Position numbers and translations under genes: made by a program | Assembly (NCBI RefSeq): GCF_036321535.1 | Contig: NC_087436.1 | Span: 121,894,001 to 121,958,000 of the forward strand | Length of the DNA: 64,000 nucleotides | Direction: 5' to 3' | Source of the DNA: Camelus dromedarius | Taxonomy: Eukaryota | The notes under the pieces: model-generated | The model's input: the letters and a program-made list of their open reading frames with translations, nothing else | Told to the model about the DNA's origin: nothing | The model's database searches: none | In this document: positions 25,883 to 64,000 of the stretch, in pieces | Numbering within the stretch: position 1 is the stretch's first letter | How the letters are laid out: each line of letters starts with the position of its first letter

Positions 25883-26005
25883 GGGGGTGGGCATAGTTCA
25901 GTGGTAGAGCACATGCTTAGCATGCACAAGGTCCTGGGTTCAATCCCCAGTACCTACATAAAATAAATAAACCTAATTACCTCCCCCCCCCAAAAATTTT
26001 AAAAA
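25883..26005 (+). mobile_element. tRNA-Ala-derived SINE (Vic-1-like)
   Basis: Same structure; approximate TSD AAAACAATAATTT / AAAACAATTGTTT. Confidence 0.85.
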
Positions 26006-26609
26006 ACAATTGTTTGAATGACCAGATTTATAAATAAGATTAGTAATATGAATTTCACAGCCTGAAGAAAGGCTAGGGTTTTCTATTTGTAACTTGAATA
26101 AAGATGTGATGTTAAAGAAACTCATAACAGATACCAATTTTGTGCTCAATAGCTGCCTTCAAGTCCTCTCCGGTCCACACCTGACACTGAACCTGTAGTG
26201 TCAGCACCCCTGGCTCCCTCACAATTAGTGCCTCCCTCCGGCCCCACAATACCCTAGGTTAGAGAAAAGATTGGCACTTCCGTGCCCCGACAGTGCCACA
26301 CGGCTAAATGCGGATTCCTGGGCTTTACACAAGAGCCTGAATCTCTGTGGCCTGAGAATCTTGCTTTTTATCTCCCATGGAAGATACCCTGCCCGAGTGA
26401 GTTTCAGATACTGTCAACGAGGGCCTTCTGGCTGTACTTAAGCAGAATGTCAATTCCCCAGGTGGTTCATAGAGCACTTTCTCAGCATCAGCTGGACCTG
26501 ATCTCCTCTGGCGGGCCCTCTTTCCAGGGCAACTTGACTCTCTCAGAGGGCTCATGCAGGGAAGGGGAGGGAGGGAGCCACAGTGTGAACGGAGGCCCTG
26601 GGCTCTCGT

Positions 26610-27067
26610 GGGTAGTTGGTTAGCTGTTGCTTCAGAACAAACCTCCTGAAAGCTCAGTGCTTTAAACAAATAGACATATATTGTCGCTCGTGAATCTACA
26701 AGTTAGTAGGGGTTGGGGGGAGAAGGTACTGTTCCTGGCTGGCCTCACATTTTGGGGTCTGCTGGTTTCTAGGGTGGTTGCCAATGGCCTCTGCTGGGAG
26801 AGCAGGCTCTCCTTCCCATGGTGTCCCATCCCAGCAGGCCACCCTGGACATGCTCATACTGGAGCCAGGCAGGGCTCCAAACAAGAGGGACCCCCCAAGA
26901 CCACTTGTGGTCCAGGCTCTGAACTGGCACACAGCCAAGCCTGCTGCACTCTATTGGCCAAAGCAAGTCAGCCCAGATCCAAGGACTGGGGGAAATAACT
27001 CTGCCTCTTGATGGGAGGTCACAAGGCGAGGAACCTGGAGATATTTTTGCCATCAGTATACTACACA
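26610..27067 (-). mobile_element. MaLR MLT1-like LTR
   Basis: CTCAGTGCTTTAAACAA...TCTATTGGCCAAAGCAAGTCA...GCCCAGATCCAAGG...CCTCTTGATGGGAGG. Confidence 0.65.
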
Positions 27068-28645
27068 AGGTCTGCCCTCAGGCCATAAGCTCAGGGGATG
27101 GCCCAAGACCTGCCCCTACAGGGATGTGTATCCAGCAGAAGCCCCAGGTCCTCTCAAGGCAGCTCTGAGCAGCTACCCAGTCCAGGAGGACAGGTACAGG
27201 CCTTGCAGAGTGCCAACTAGCATTGCCCCAAGAGCACCCTGAGTTTGTTGGGCCACCACCTCTTCCTCTGCTCCAGAGCCAGTCTGATAGGTGAAGGTAA
27301 TTCTCCCCTCCTACCACAGTGCTTACTCTGGTCACCCATGCAGGCCTTCCCCCACTGGAGGAACTGGCTCAGCAGAGCATCTTCAATCTAGCCCAGTGAG
27401 GCTGGAGCAGATGTTCACAAAAGGCTTGGAGGACAGAGAGGCTTCCCTCCTAAGAGGGCCACCAGGGAAAGAGGGCCCTTCTTCCTCCAGACATTGTGAG
27501 GTTGGAACTGCTACCAGCTTGGAGACAGAGCTCCTGGATCAGGTATGTCCTGCAGTCCCCCCATCTTTGGATTGCCAGTTATAGAAGCTAGTAATTCCCC
27601 TTTTGAAACCCTCAGAGCTCCTGAGGGACTCTCCTGGGACAGGTCATCATCAGTGTATTCCATCAATATCAGATGAAATGGGTTTGAATCATGCAACACA
27701 GGATGTAAGAAATGTCATGTTTATTTCTTTAAATGAAACTTAATCTGCTCCCAGCTCTAATTTGACAGGTGGAAAATTTCTCTTTTTACCAACCTGAGTT
27801 GTGGGAAAGTCCAAGGGTTCTGACACAGTTCAGAATACTGGGCGAGAACTCTGGGCTTCAGGCTGATCTTGTCACTCTGAGATGTCCACCCTCCTGGTCT
27901 GAATGTGCCCTGGGGTCTAGCCTCCCCCTGAGGTGTCATCTCCTCCGCAGACCCAAGGAGGATGTGGGATGTGGGGGTCTCTCTCCTGGACATCTACCCA
28001 CAGGGCAGTTTCCAGCCCCTCCCTTACCGCTCCGCACCCCAAGGACTTGGCCATCCTCTCTCCTTCCCGGAGCTGCAGCACACGTGCATTATTCATGAGA
28101 CTCCATTTCGCCATCAGGCTTTCAGTCGGCCAGCCTGTCCTCAAGGCTCCGGGTCTCCAGTCTAGTGCTGGGTCCAAGGACCCAGGGGAATGAATCGGTT
28201 CCTGTCTGGACCCCAGGTCAGCTCGTGCTTCAGTGATGCTGGGGAAGGCTGGGCATGCCCTAAAGTCACCCGGACTTAGTTCTGGGTCCTGGTTCTCCAT
28301 GCAGGTCACTTCATGTCTTTGCGCACCAGTGACGTCAGCAGCAGAAGGGCTGTGGGGTACTGTTGCTACAACCCTGGTCAGCTCCCCTACTGCCCGGAGG
28401 TTTACAGGAGATAAGGCACGAGAAGGGCCAGTTCCTAGTGGCTCAAGGATCCTGGCCCTTTTCTCCCCCAATCGCACACGCACAATCACATACCCAGCGT
28501 TGGCGATCTCCGGATTAAGCCACCCAACTCCGAGCAGAGAACGGGGACTCCAGGTTTCCACAGGCAGAGAGGGCTCTGGGAACTCCGAAGAGGGGGCGCC
28601 AGGAATGTCTAGCGCTAGGCCGTAGGAAAGGCCTAGAATCTGGGC

Positions 28646-54531
<25,886 letters not shown>

Positions 54532-57500
54532 TCAGCTCGGCAGGCGATGAAGGACCCTCACCAAACTGACAGGAAGCCCACCGGGGAGCCTGGGACCTTG
54601 TGCGGCGTGCACTGCTGGAGGGAAGCGGGGGGCCCTGGCTGCGGTAAGCCCAGGCCCGCCTCCTGGACTGCATCCCCGCCGGCCTCTGCTGCCTGTGGTC
54701 CAGGCCTGGGGAGTCCGCCCCCAGGCTCCCACTCACCCGCAGCCCCGGGCCTCTCCGCCATGCCCTCTGGAGACTCCCAGGCTGCCCCCACCTGCCCCCA
54801 AGCCCTACACTGTGCGCGGGTGGGGATGGCCCCCAGGAGGGGCAAGCCCGGAGAAGGGAGGCACCTTGTGAGTCGGCCTCTGAGAGCCCCTCAGCCCAGC
54901 TGGGCTTTGGTGACTGGCTACCGACCAGGCCCTGCTCACAGGGACAGGGGGACCTAATCACAAAAGTTTGAGGCAATGAGAACCCTCGGGTCGCCAGGCT
55001 CAACCTCCCCCATTTTAAAGACAAGGTCACCAGCACCCAGAGAGCTGCACAGCCAGTAAGGGCCAGGCCTGAACATTCCAGAAACAGCCCAAGGAGACTG
55101 GTGTGCTCAGAGCCCTTCTTTGGCAGACCCTGGAGAAGCTGCCTAGGGGATGCCTGGGACCTCAGGAACTGGTTCTAATAGGTGACCCCCAAATTGTCCT
55201 CAGAGCTGGTGGCCAGGTCCCTGGGGCTCCCTTCCCTGCCCCCCCTTGGTCTATGCTGACTGAGCAGCTCCCCTGGGTCACCATGCTCTGGCCCTCCTGG
55301 GCACCGGCCATTGGCAAAGCCAGGCCTAGGGCCCTGGAGACGGCGAGGGCACCTCTTCTTTACCCCACAAGCTGCAGGGACTCTGGACAGCAGCACCCAG
55401 ACCTAGACCCTCCAGGCTGGAGACTGAGTGACAAGACAAAAGCTACATACACTGACACTGGGGTCACCAGGGAGATGGCCGGTCTCAGTGAATCACAGTC
55501 CATTGGCCGAGTCCCCACCACCCCCTATCTCTGTAAAGACAATGAGAGCCAAATGCCACCAGACACTGCAGAGAGCCTCTCACACAAAACCCAGAAACAA
55601 AAACTAGCAAAAAGGAAGCAAGAGAAAGCAGACAATATACAGCAGGAAAAACCCAGAAACAGACGACTGCGCCACCTCCGAGGGATGGCGAGAGAGATGG
55701 CAGCTGAGAGACATCTGCAGGAAAGAGAGAGTTCTTGGAAATTAAAATACGACAGCAGAACTGAGGATATAAATAGAAGAGGCAGAAGATGGAGCTGAGG
55801 AAACCTCCCAGAGAGCAGAAAAAGACGACGGTTAGAAAGTAGGAGAAAAACCCAAGGGCAGCAGGGACGGACAGGCCCCAGGGCGCCCGCGTGCTTCTGG
55901 GGGGGCAGGTAGGGGTGCAGAGTAGCTTTGGGCACCAGGGTGCCGGCACCCGGCTCCAACCTGGAAGAATGTTGGCTGTGCAGATGGGGGGGCCCTGCAC
56001 CCGGTCCGAGGAGTGAGCCCAGAAACGGGCAGGCCTGGGACTGGGAAGCCGGAGATTTTCCAGGAAGGTGACAGTGGGCGGCAGGCCAAGGGCGCCAGAG
56101 CACAGGGGACAGAGGTTCTAGGAGGAGTGAGCTCTGCACCTGGCATGTCCCCGTTCCCCGAGGATTTACTGGAGGCTCTGACTCCTGCCCTGGTCAGAGA
56201 CAGGAGAGCAAGCAACGCAGCCGCCTGCCTGTCAGCCCAGGGTCTGCATCCCCACGCCTCTGCGGCTGCACACCTGGGCCCCTGCACCACCCAGCCACGG
56301 AGGCCTGACTGGGGCCCAGCCCTGGCTGTGCATGGACACAAAGGCCGGCAGGAGCTTCTCCTGAATGAGGCCAGAAGAAAGGCCTCTTGGAACTTGGAAA
56401 TGGCACTGAAACTGGCTTGAAGCCCTGGTGCGGAGGGCTGGCCCTGGGGACCAAGTCTCAGAAGAGTCAGTGGCTTCAAAGATGGGTTCTACAGAAACCA
56501 GGCTGACTGTTGACCCACAATGGCTCACGTGGGTGCCTGAGACTTCCCATTTGTATATCAGTTCTCGCCCCGAAGTGTGTGTGAGCCACTGGTACTGAGC
56601 AAGCCAGTGGCGGGCACCACCAGGACCCCGGCCCGGCCTCGTTTGGTGGGGGGGGAGGTGACGGTGCCGCCCTCTGACATGGGGAAGGCTGTGGGAGGGG
56701 CGGTCTCTGGTCCGTGGAGCCTCCTTCCACTCCAGCCATCACCAGCACACCCCCGAGGTTCTCGGCTGCTGCAGGACCCGGGGGGCCTCCTCAGCACGCC
56801 GACCCCAGGGCCGCAGCCCCTGGGCCCCCTTCGTCCACCCGCCTGCCCTGTGTCCCGCCTGCCCTGCCCGCTGGGCTTCTCACTGGCTTGGAAGCTGCAG
56901 CACACGCGTCTCCAGAACCTCAAATACTCACCCTGCTCCTCTCCCTGCTGAGCTCCTAGACATCCCTAAACACTTGATTCAAATATCACGACCTGTGAAG
57001 CCTTCCTTCCTTCTCTCTTAGCTTCTCAGTGCCTCCTTAGAAGTTGTCCAAACTCCCCTGACACCACTGGGGCCCCTGGTGCGGGGCCCCGCCTCCCCAC
57101 CTCTGATTCCCCACCCCTACCCCAGAGCTGGCACAAAATTGTCTGTGGAATTAATTAAAAACTATAAAAATACACAAAAGGATCAAGTACCCTAAAGGGC
57201 GCTTGTATTTCAACCTGAAAGAGACAGACCTGCCCGAAGATCCTGTGCTTTTCTAAGCCTTGGCTTCCACAGATCCTAGAGGTCAACAGAGTTCAGTTTC
57301 ATTATCTCATTTAATTGGAGAATAATAAATGCCCCAAGTTAACATGGAAGAGAACGGATCTGCCCTGAGCCAGAGGTCAGGGTGGGAGGTCAGCCTTCTC
57401 ATCCCCAAGGAGGGTTTTCTGCCTGTGGGAGCCCCTGGGGCCCAGGCTGGGTTCCAAAGTCCTCCCCGCACCCACTCCGCAGGATCCAGATAACATCTCA

Positions 57501-57792
57501 GGGGCAAGCCGTACTGTGTGAGAGAGGCACCTCCCACCCAAGATGCTAAAAGGAAGTAACAGTCATGCACTCCAGGGCTCACAAGGAAAACCCTGAACCG
57601 AGGCAAAAAGTCTGTTTTTATGGAAACAGTGTTAAGGATGGAGTTTTTTCTCCTCTTCCCCAATGCACTGCGGTCATGCAGGGTGCTGCCCTGGTATGGG
57701 GCCCGGCCTCGAGCCACCTTCCAGCATCTGCTCTGAAAGCGGCTCTGCCCAGAGGAAGCCTTCTGCACCTGCTGCACACGGTGAGAGTGGAT

Positions 57793-57852
57793 CATGTGCG
57801 TGTGTGCGTGTGTGCATGTGTGTGAGTGTGTGTGTGCGCGCGTGTGTGCGCG
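57793..57852. repeat. (TG/CG)n alternating purine-pyrimidine tract
   Basis: CATGTGCGTGTGTGCGTG...GCGCGCGTGTGTGCGCG. Confidence 0.85.
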
Positions 57853-58704
57853 GTGGGAGCTGCACCCGGGGCGGGAGGGCTTCTCTGCCCTCCCCTCCTG
57901 GACTGGAGCTGGAACATGCTGAAGAACGGATGATCCTAGGGGCCCTTTGGTGATGGTGCAAGTCAAGGAGGAGCAAGAGGGCAGCCCATGTCCCCCGCCA
58001 TCGAGAGGGGCCTGGATGGAAGGGACCGGAAGCAGTGAGTGGACAGGCCTGTGGAAGAGGCAGAGAGGGGCCGTGGGGGCTGGGCCTGAACCCTGCTCCC
58101 TGCAGTGCTGGGGCAGAAGGCCCCACATGGGCCACACCCGGCACAGGGAGCTGCCCGTGCTGGTGGGCACTGGGAAGCGGCACGCGAGTTCTGCATTCCC
58201 ACAGAAATGAACCCATGATCTTAGTCAAGATAGTCACGGCTCTGGGGAGAAACAGGAATTGAAGTTCATCCCATTCTGATGTGTGTTTTTAGCACCTCAG
58301 CTTCATTTTAATGGTGTAAAACCACATAGGTGGGAAGTGAGATTTAATCTCCAAGCTTATTGTTTTTTTTTAAATATTGATTTTAACTCCACTAATCAGG
58401 ACTTAACAGGGAGAGGGACCTGGACTCTCATGTTTAAGGAAACTCTAAAGGTGAGCTGGACCAAAGCTTCTTTTCTTAGCACATCCTTTATAGACAGAAA
58501 CAAGATTATATGAGGAGATTTAAATTCCATCAGACACAAACCAGTTCAACACGCTCAATCACTAGAGAGGCTTCATTTACACAGATTCCCAAATGTGTGT
58601 TAATTAAAATTTATTCTTTTCCTGGCTTTTTATTTTGATTAAAGCTAGTCTCCTAAGGATTTCTGCTAAGTCATGCTCTGATGGCTTTGCTTAAAGCACA
58701 GACC

Positions 58705-59170
58705 CATGTGGCAGTTTTTGCTGGTTGCTTTTCAATCTCCACTCTTCCTTTCCTCCTGAGTAACAAACCCTCAATTTTTAGTTGGGTCTACTGCTGCCCA
58801 ATCGAAAGATGACATTTCCTAGTCTTCCTGGCCATCTGGGTATGTCCAGAGGTAGAAGAGTTCGAGACTTCCAGAAAATCTCCTTGAAAGAAAGGGGCCT
58901 ATCCTTCTTCTCTTTTTCATCCTGCTGCCTGGACTCAGGAGGTAATGGCAGGAATTTAGGCAGCAATCCTGGACTGGGAGGGGACCTGCTAAAGGTGGCA
59001 GAAGAGCAAGCTAGAATAGCCCAGGTCCCTGACGACTTTAGGGGGTGCTGTATCTCCCAAGATTGCCTCCCCATGGACCTATTTTATGGAAACATGAATA
59101 ATCTTGTTTGGGCCACCATGGTATTGAAATTTTTCACTGTGTGCAGCTGAACCTCATCCTAACTGATACA
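58705..59170 (+). mobile_element. MaLR MLT1-like LTR
   Basis: TGTGGCAG...CTTCCTTTCCTCCTGAGTAACA...GCAGCTGAACCTCATCCTAACTGATACA. Confidence 0.6.
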
Positions 59171-59379
59171 CCCTCTTTCCTGAGGTCAGCCTTCGCCCCA
59201 AGCACAGTTTCAAACTGGGAAGCATAGAAGGGAGATTCTGAGTAGCAACAACAGCCCCAGCCTTGGAGCAGACCAACGACAGACCTGTAGAGAACGGTCC
59301 ACCAAGTATCTACCCGAGCTCTCAGGCTGGAAGCCGCAGCTGGGGAGGAGCAGGATTTATGGGGGAAACTAGGAGTGCA

Positions 59380-59900
59380 GCTGGACACATTTTGTTTAGG
59401 GGTTTGTTGGACATCTAACTGGCAAAGAACAGGGAGAGGGACCTGGACTCTCAGGGCAAGGTTCAGGCTGGAGATGTAGGTTTTGGAAACGTAAGGAGAA
59501 AATGGTTGTTCATTGAACCATGTGGTGGTAAGAAGTCACCCAGGGAGTGGGTGGATAGAGGGGCTTCCAAGGACTGAGTCTTGGGACTCCAGTGTTAGGA
59601 TGTCTAGAGTTAGGAGCAGAGGAGGCGCCAGCCAAGAAGACTGAGAAGGAGCGGCCATGGGAGGAGGCAGAGAGTGCTATCTGCTCCAGCCAAGTAAGGA
59701 CGGTGTGTCCAGAAAGGAGCACTCAGCTGGGTCATCTGCTGCTGGATGAGGTGGGGCTGAGCTCTCATCACTGGGTTTAGCAACATTAGGGTCAAGGATG
59801 ATTTAGATAAAGAGCCTTGGAGGAGGGGCTGGGTGAAAATCTGATTGGAGCCCACTCAAGAGAGGAGAGTGTAAAGGAATTGGAGATAAGAGGCAACTCG
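59380..59900 (-). mobile_element. L2 fragment
   Basis: TGTTGGACATCTAA...AGGTTCAGGCTGGAGATGTAG...GCCAGCCAAGAAGACTGAGAAGGAG...TGGGTTTAGCAACAT. Confidence 0.6.
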
Positions 59901-60628
59901 GGGCAGGGTGGGGGTTGCTCTTTAGTGGACCATCAGTCCCCTAAATGGGACTGGGGAGGGAATGGGGAAGATGAGTCAGGTCCTCAACGACACACAGGGC
60001 AATCTCAGACTGCTGCCTGTGCCCAGGTTCACACTGACTTTACGGGAACAGAGGGGTTGGAGAGTCCAGAACCAGCGATACCACGAGCAGCGGAGAAGAA
60101 GCTCTCCATCAAGGGAGAGTTCCTTCCCTCTCCTGCACCCTAAATCTACACATTGCCAGACAAAGAAGTGGTGCTAGGTGGGGGCAGGGGAAATGCAAGT
60201 CTTCTGGGAGAGGGTGCCCCTCCTACGGCCAGAGTAAGGCAGCCTTTCCGGCCAGGTTCTTCAGGTACCAGCGGGAGTTGACAGTGAGGCCGCATACCTA
60301 TTTTTAGCTGTCTACCTGGCATATCATAGGTTCTTCGATTTTGCTGATTTTTTTTATGGATCCAAACTAGTGCACTATCGGGGAAGTGGTGAATACCATT
60401 TATTATGGTCATTAAAAACAAACAAACAAACAAACACCGTTAACTTTAATCAAGGAACTAGGAATAGGATCAAAAACTGGGAAGAAGTAGTTAGTGACAA
60501 GAAGATGGGAAGCAAGGAAGATGAGAACTGGCCTGCATGTCGAAGGAAGCTGGAGGTGGAAGGTGCTGCTGCTGAGGGAACACGCCTCGCCCTCCCTTCG
60601 GGTCCCATCTGCTTCCCTTCCCCCGTAC

Positions 60629-60800
60629 CTGTCGGCGGGCTTCGCAGGTGCTCCCGAACCTCCTTTCTCGTCCCCGTGCTTGTGTGACTCTGCCAAGGCC
60701 CGGCTGGTGCGAGGGGACTCGGGAATAGCAGCGGGTCCCCCAATTCGCTTCGCGGGGACCTCCGCAAACCTCCGGGCTGGAGTGGCTCTGGCGTGCAGTT
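60629..60800 (-). other. CFAP99: Candidate CFAP99 non-coding exon 1 (5' end approximate)
   Basis: Donor GACAG|GTACGG at 60628 inside the CpG island, just downstream of the X-box. The first coding exon has a splice acceptor 16 nt upstream of its ATG, which implies an upstream exon. Confidence 0.55.
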
Positions 60801-61395
60801 TGGGCGTCGTCACCTAGCAACCGCTGCACGCTCCGGCGCCGTCGACCGGAAGACTGCAGCCCCCAAAATGCACAGCGGCCACGGCGCAGCAAATGTCGGC
60901 GCATCCAGGGTCCCGCCTCCCCGCAATGTCCATCGGGACTTGTAGTTCTCGGCCCCGCCGGGCGCGCCGGGCTCCTGCGGGTGAGCGCGCCTCGGGCGGG
61001 GCACGGCGCGGCCCGAGGATTGGGCAGTCTCCGCAGCTCGCGGCGGGCTGGGGGCTCGCGGCGCGTCGGCGCATGTGTGGCGCGGGCGGCGGTAGCTGGC
61101 CGAGGCGCCGGGTGTCAGTGAGCCGCAGGGAGCCAGCGCCCCCACGCCGGGTTCCTACGCAAGTCCGCCTGCCCGCCCGCCCGCCGCGGTCTGTGGGTCC
61201 GCGCCGCGCGCCGCTCGCAGAGCATCTCCCGGCCGAGCACCTGCCCCGCGCACCTGCCTGCTGCCCGCCCGGCGCCCTGAGTCCGCGTGGGGCCCCGGCC
61301 GGGCCCTGCCCCGCGTCCGCCCCGCGCCGCAGCCGGGCCCGGGAGCAGCGCCGCAGAGGGGAGGGCCGCCGGGGCCGGGCCGGGCCGGCGCGGCG

Positions 61396-61434
61396 ATGAT
61401 GAACAGGTTCCGAAAGTGGCTGTACAAACCTAAG
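61396..61434 (+). CDS. ZFYVE28: ZFYVE28 (lateral signaling target 2 homolog) first coding exon, MMNRFRKWLYKPK
   Basis: Peptide matches the conserved LST2 N-terminus; donor AAG|GTGAGC at 61435; the gene continues beyond the window. Confidence 0.93.
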
Positions 61435-64000
61435 GTGAGCGGCCCCGGCCCTGGCTGCCGAGCAGACCCCCTTCCCAGCTGGGACCGGCCCTCCCTCCGT
61501 GAGTGCCATCGACACCCTTCCCTCCACTCCGAGACTTGCTCACACAGTCGTCCTCCCATTGCGGCGGGTCCCCCCTCCCCAGCCTGGTCCGAAAGCGAGT
61601 CTCCTGCTTTTACCCTCGGGCCGGAGCGCACTCCTCCCCCAGCCTGCCCGCTGCCCGACGGGCTCCCCTCCCTTCGCATCCCGGTCCTGCGTGGTGCCCT
61701 GCTCGCTCCTAGTGGTCCCCGACCCCTAGCCCGAAACAGACTCCCTCCTGCTTCTCTTAGGTCCCAGAAAGACCTTTCATCCCCTCTTCCTACACCAGGG
61801 ATGACGCCTCCCGTTCACCTTTTGCGACCCCCCACCATTATCCTGGACCCGAAGTGTACTTCCCTCCGCCTTCCGGAACACATCCTCTCCCCACTTCCTC
61901 CAGGTGCTGGAGGAGACCCCCATGTCCCTCTCCTGGGTCTCGGACGGACCTCTCCTTCCCTGTCAGAGAAGGTCCCTGTCCCACTCTCCTGGCCCTGCTT
62001 TCGCCAGTAAGGACCGATCCGCACCTCCGCCCAGTTCGCGTCCCCATCGTCCTGTGCCCACTCGCGTGTTCTCGAATCCAGGGCAATCTCCTGCCCGGCG
62101 GCGGGATGAGCGCGCCCGGGGCCGCCGGCTCAGCGGGGCCGGAGGGGCGGTTCGCCTGGCGTGGCGTCCCTCCTCGGCCGTCGGGTCGGGGTCTGGGCAG
62201 CGCGCCCCGCGCCTCGGAAGCTGCGCCAGTCGCACTGCGGGCGTTGCATCCCCGCCGCCCGGTCAGGGCTCGTGTCCGCTGCGTCCGGAGCGAGTTGGGC
62301 TGCGTCGGTGCCCGGGAGCCGAGCGCAGGGTCCTGGGTGCACTTTAGGCATCCGGCGGCTGCACGATGGGGGCAGGCGCAGCGTGAAGGCCGGGAGGGCA
62401 GGGACGCTGGGGTCTTGGCTGGGGTGTTGCGGCTCGGGTGCGGCCAGTGGTCACATCCGGGCGCCTCGGACATCCGAGGCTGCAGTGTTGCTGACTGACC
62501 CAGGGAACACCACCCGCCCTCTGGATCTGGCTTCCCTGCTACCCCCCGCCGTGAGTGGCCTCTGATTGGGGGGTGTCCTGAAATCTGTACCTTTCTGGCC
62601 CACCCCTTTGGGGAGGCCGCAGGTTTGTTGGAAGTCTGGCACCTGAGGCCCTGCGGTGAGTTCAGGGGCCCGCAGCGCTCCTGCGTCTTGCCTTTGGGGT
62701 GGGAGAGTTTTCCCAGTGATGGGCTGAGGGCTTAGGATGCCTGGGGCTGCCCCCTGCTCGGCCTTGGCCTTGCCCAGAGGGGATATGGATTTTCGGATTC
62801 CTTCCGGCCTGGTGCAGCTGTGCAGCCCTTCTCACTCCTCCCCACCTCCTGGTCTTGCAGCAGCTACTTTCTTGGTGTGACCCTGGTGCTTCCTGGCACT
62901 GCCTGTGTGTGGGGCCTCCCAGCCCTGGGCTGCCTTCTGCCCAGCCCTCTCCTCCCTGCGGTCCCCCGAGGCTGCTCTCGTCCTGCCTGCTGGTGCTGTG
63001 TAGGTTGCCAGGGGAGGGTGGCAGCCTCTGCATGGGACATCTGTCCAAGGAGTGGCTTTTTGTTTGTGTGACTTCTGTCACCAGTTAAGGAGAACCCAAG
63101 TCTACTTGTCAAAAGGTCATTTTGGGGTGGGCAGCAGCATGATTTTTTCAGATACAGGGTGAGGCCAGCAGAGAAATGTATCATGTAGCGTTCTGGTGTC
63201 TCTGAAAGCACATCTGTCAAGGTTCCTGAGGCTGCGATGACTCTTTCCAGACGTGGCTGTGGAAGGGGCCTTGTTACCAGCGTCGCCGGGCTGTATCACG
63301 TTGTTGGAAGGGAAGGAAGAGCAGCGTGGCCTCTGTTTCATCTATAATTGAGTAATTTCAGTGGCCCTGCCTGTTTCAGTTTTGGGAAAAGTCTTTAAAA
63401 GTGGAAAATGATACTGCCCTGGAGATTGTGCCCCAGAATTGAGAACCACGTCCCTAATTTCCCCTGTCTCAGGCCACTGCCCCTCCAAAGCCAGCTCCAG
63501 GCGCTGACCAGGGTGAGGCGGAGAGTTGGTGAGTCAGCCAGTCCCAGCGATTCAGCCGAAAGGTGTGTGCTTTAGGAGAAGGGAGGAGATAGGGTTTCAT
63601 CTGGTCCTCTCCCTTCCTTCGCTGTCATCTCTTAGCTTGTCATCTGACCCCTGGACTCAAGACGCATCTCCATCTGAGAACTTTGTGTCCAACCGCAGTG
63701 TTTGCCCTGCGGTCAGCCTGAGCGTGGGCCACCCCTTGTTGGACATCTGTCTTTGGGGTGAAATATTTTGATTGCTTGAAGTGTTGGAGTAGATTGTCAC
63801 CCCAATAGGTTTTCATTTTTCAAATCAAAACTCGTATTTTTGCTCAGGTTGTGGACGGATTTTTGCACTTCCCCTCCCTATGTAATTTAATACGCTTTGG
63901 TCCAAGTGAGCACAAGTCAGTTCTGGGAGATCTCCGGGCCTGGAGGAATTGAAGTGTTATACGTTAGCTGCGGGAGGATGTGTCTAAGAGAGACTGTTGC

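Larger units (their letters stand above)
60580..62500. promoter_or_regulatory. CpG island; bidirectional CFAP99 / ZFYVE28 promoter
   Basis: CpG-dense. X-box GTCACCTAGCAAC 60809-60821, ETS ACCGGAAG 60845-60852, ZNF143/THAP11-type ACTACAAGTCCC on the minus strand 60935-60946, GC box 60994, ATTGG 61019. Confidence 0.85.

Noticed and set aside
25883..25955. tRNA-Ala(AGC) genes here and at 10378 and 16036
   Set aside because: Extra 5' bases, a shared non-tRNA body, A-rich tails and TSDs identify them as SINEs.
55103..55798. 231-aa ORF with a charged C-terminal half
   Set aside because: The A-rich part looks like decayed L1 5'/ORF1-type sequence antisense within CFAP99 intron 1; no splice or homology support.
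61396..62010. 204-aa ORF as a single-exon protein
   Set aside because: Only the first 13 codons are ZFYVE28; a strong donor at 61435 follows and the rest is intron read-through.

Overview
This is GC-rich mammalian genomic DNA, most likely from a camelid, because three tRNA-Ala-derived SINEs resemble the Vic-1 type. The gene order RNF4 - CFAP99 - ZFYVE28 matches what I recall for human 4p16.3. (1) RNF4, minus strand, 5' half: CpG-island promoter near 24.2 kb, non-coding exon 1, exon 2 with the start codon, and exons 3-4 encoding the SUMO-interacting motifs. The RING-domain exons lie left of the window. (2) CFAP99, minus strand, complete coding region: 15 coding exons, all GT-AG and phase-consistent, 1947 nt = 648 aa + stop. 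(3) ZFYVE28/LST2, plus strand: first coding exon only, head-to-head with CFAP99 at a shared CpG island. The rest is intron or intergenic DNA with L1, L2, MIR, MaLR/ERV1 LTR and hAT/Tigger relics. Repeat families were assigned from remembered consensus sequences and their boundaries are approximate. I found no evidence of a wholly new biological system. The most interesting details are regulatory: a consensus RFX X-box at the CFAP99/ZFYVE28 promoter, a CFAP99 poly(A) signal inside a MER53-like transposon end, an in-frame and splice-removable uORF in RNF4, and two related MER41-like solo LTRs bracketing the RNF4 promoter.
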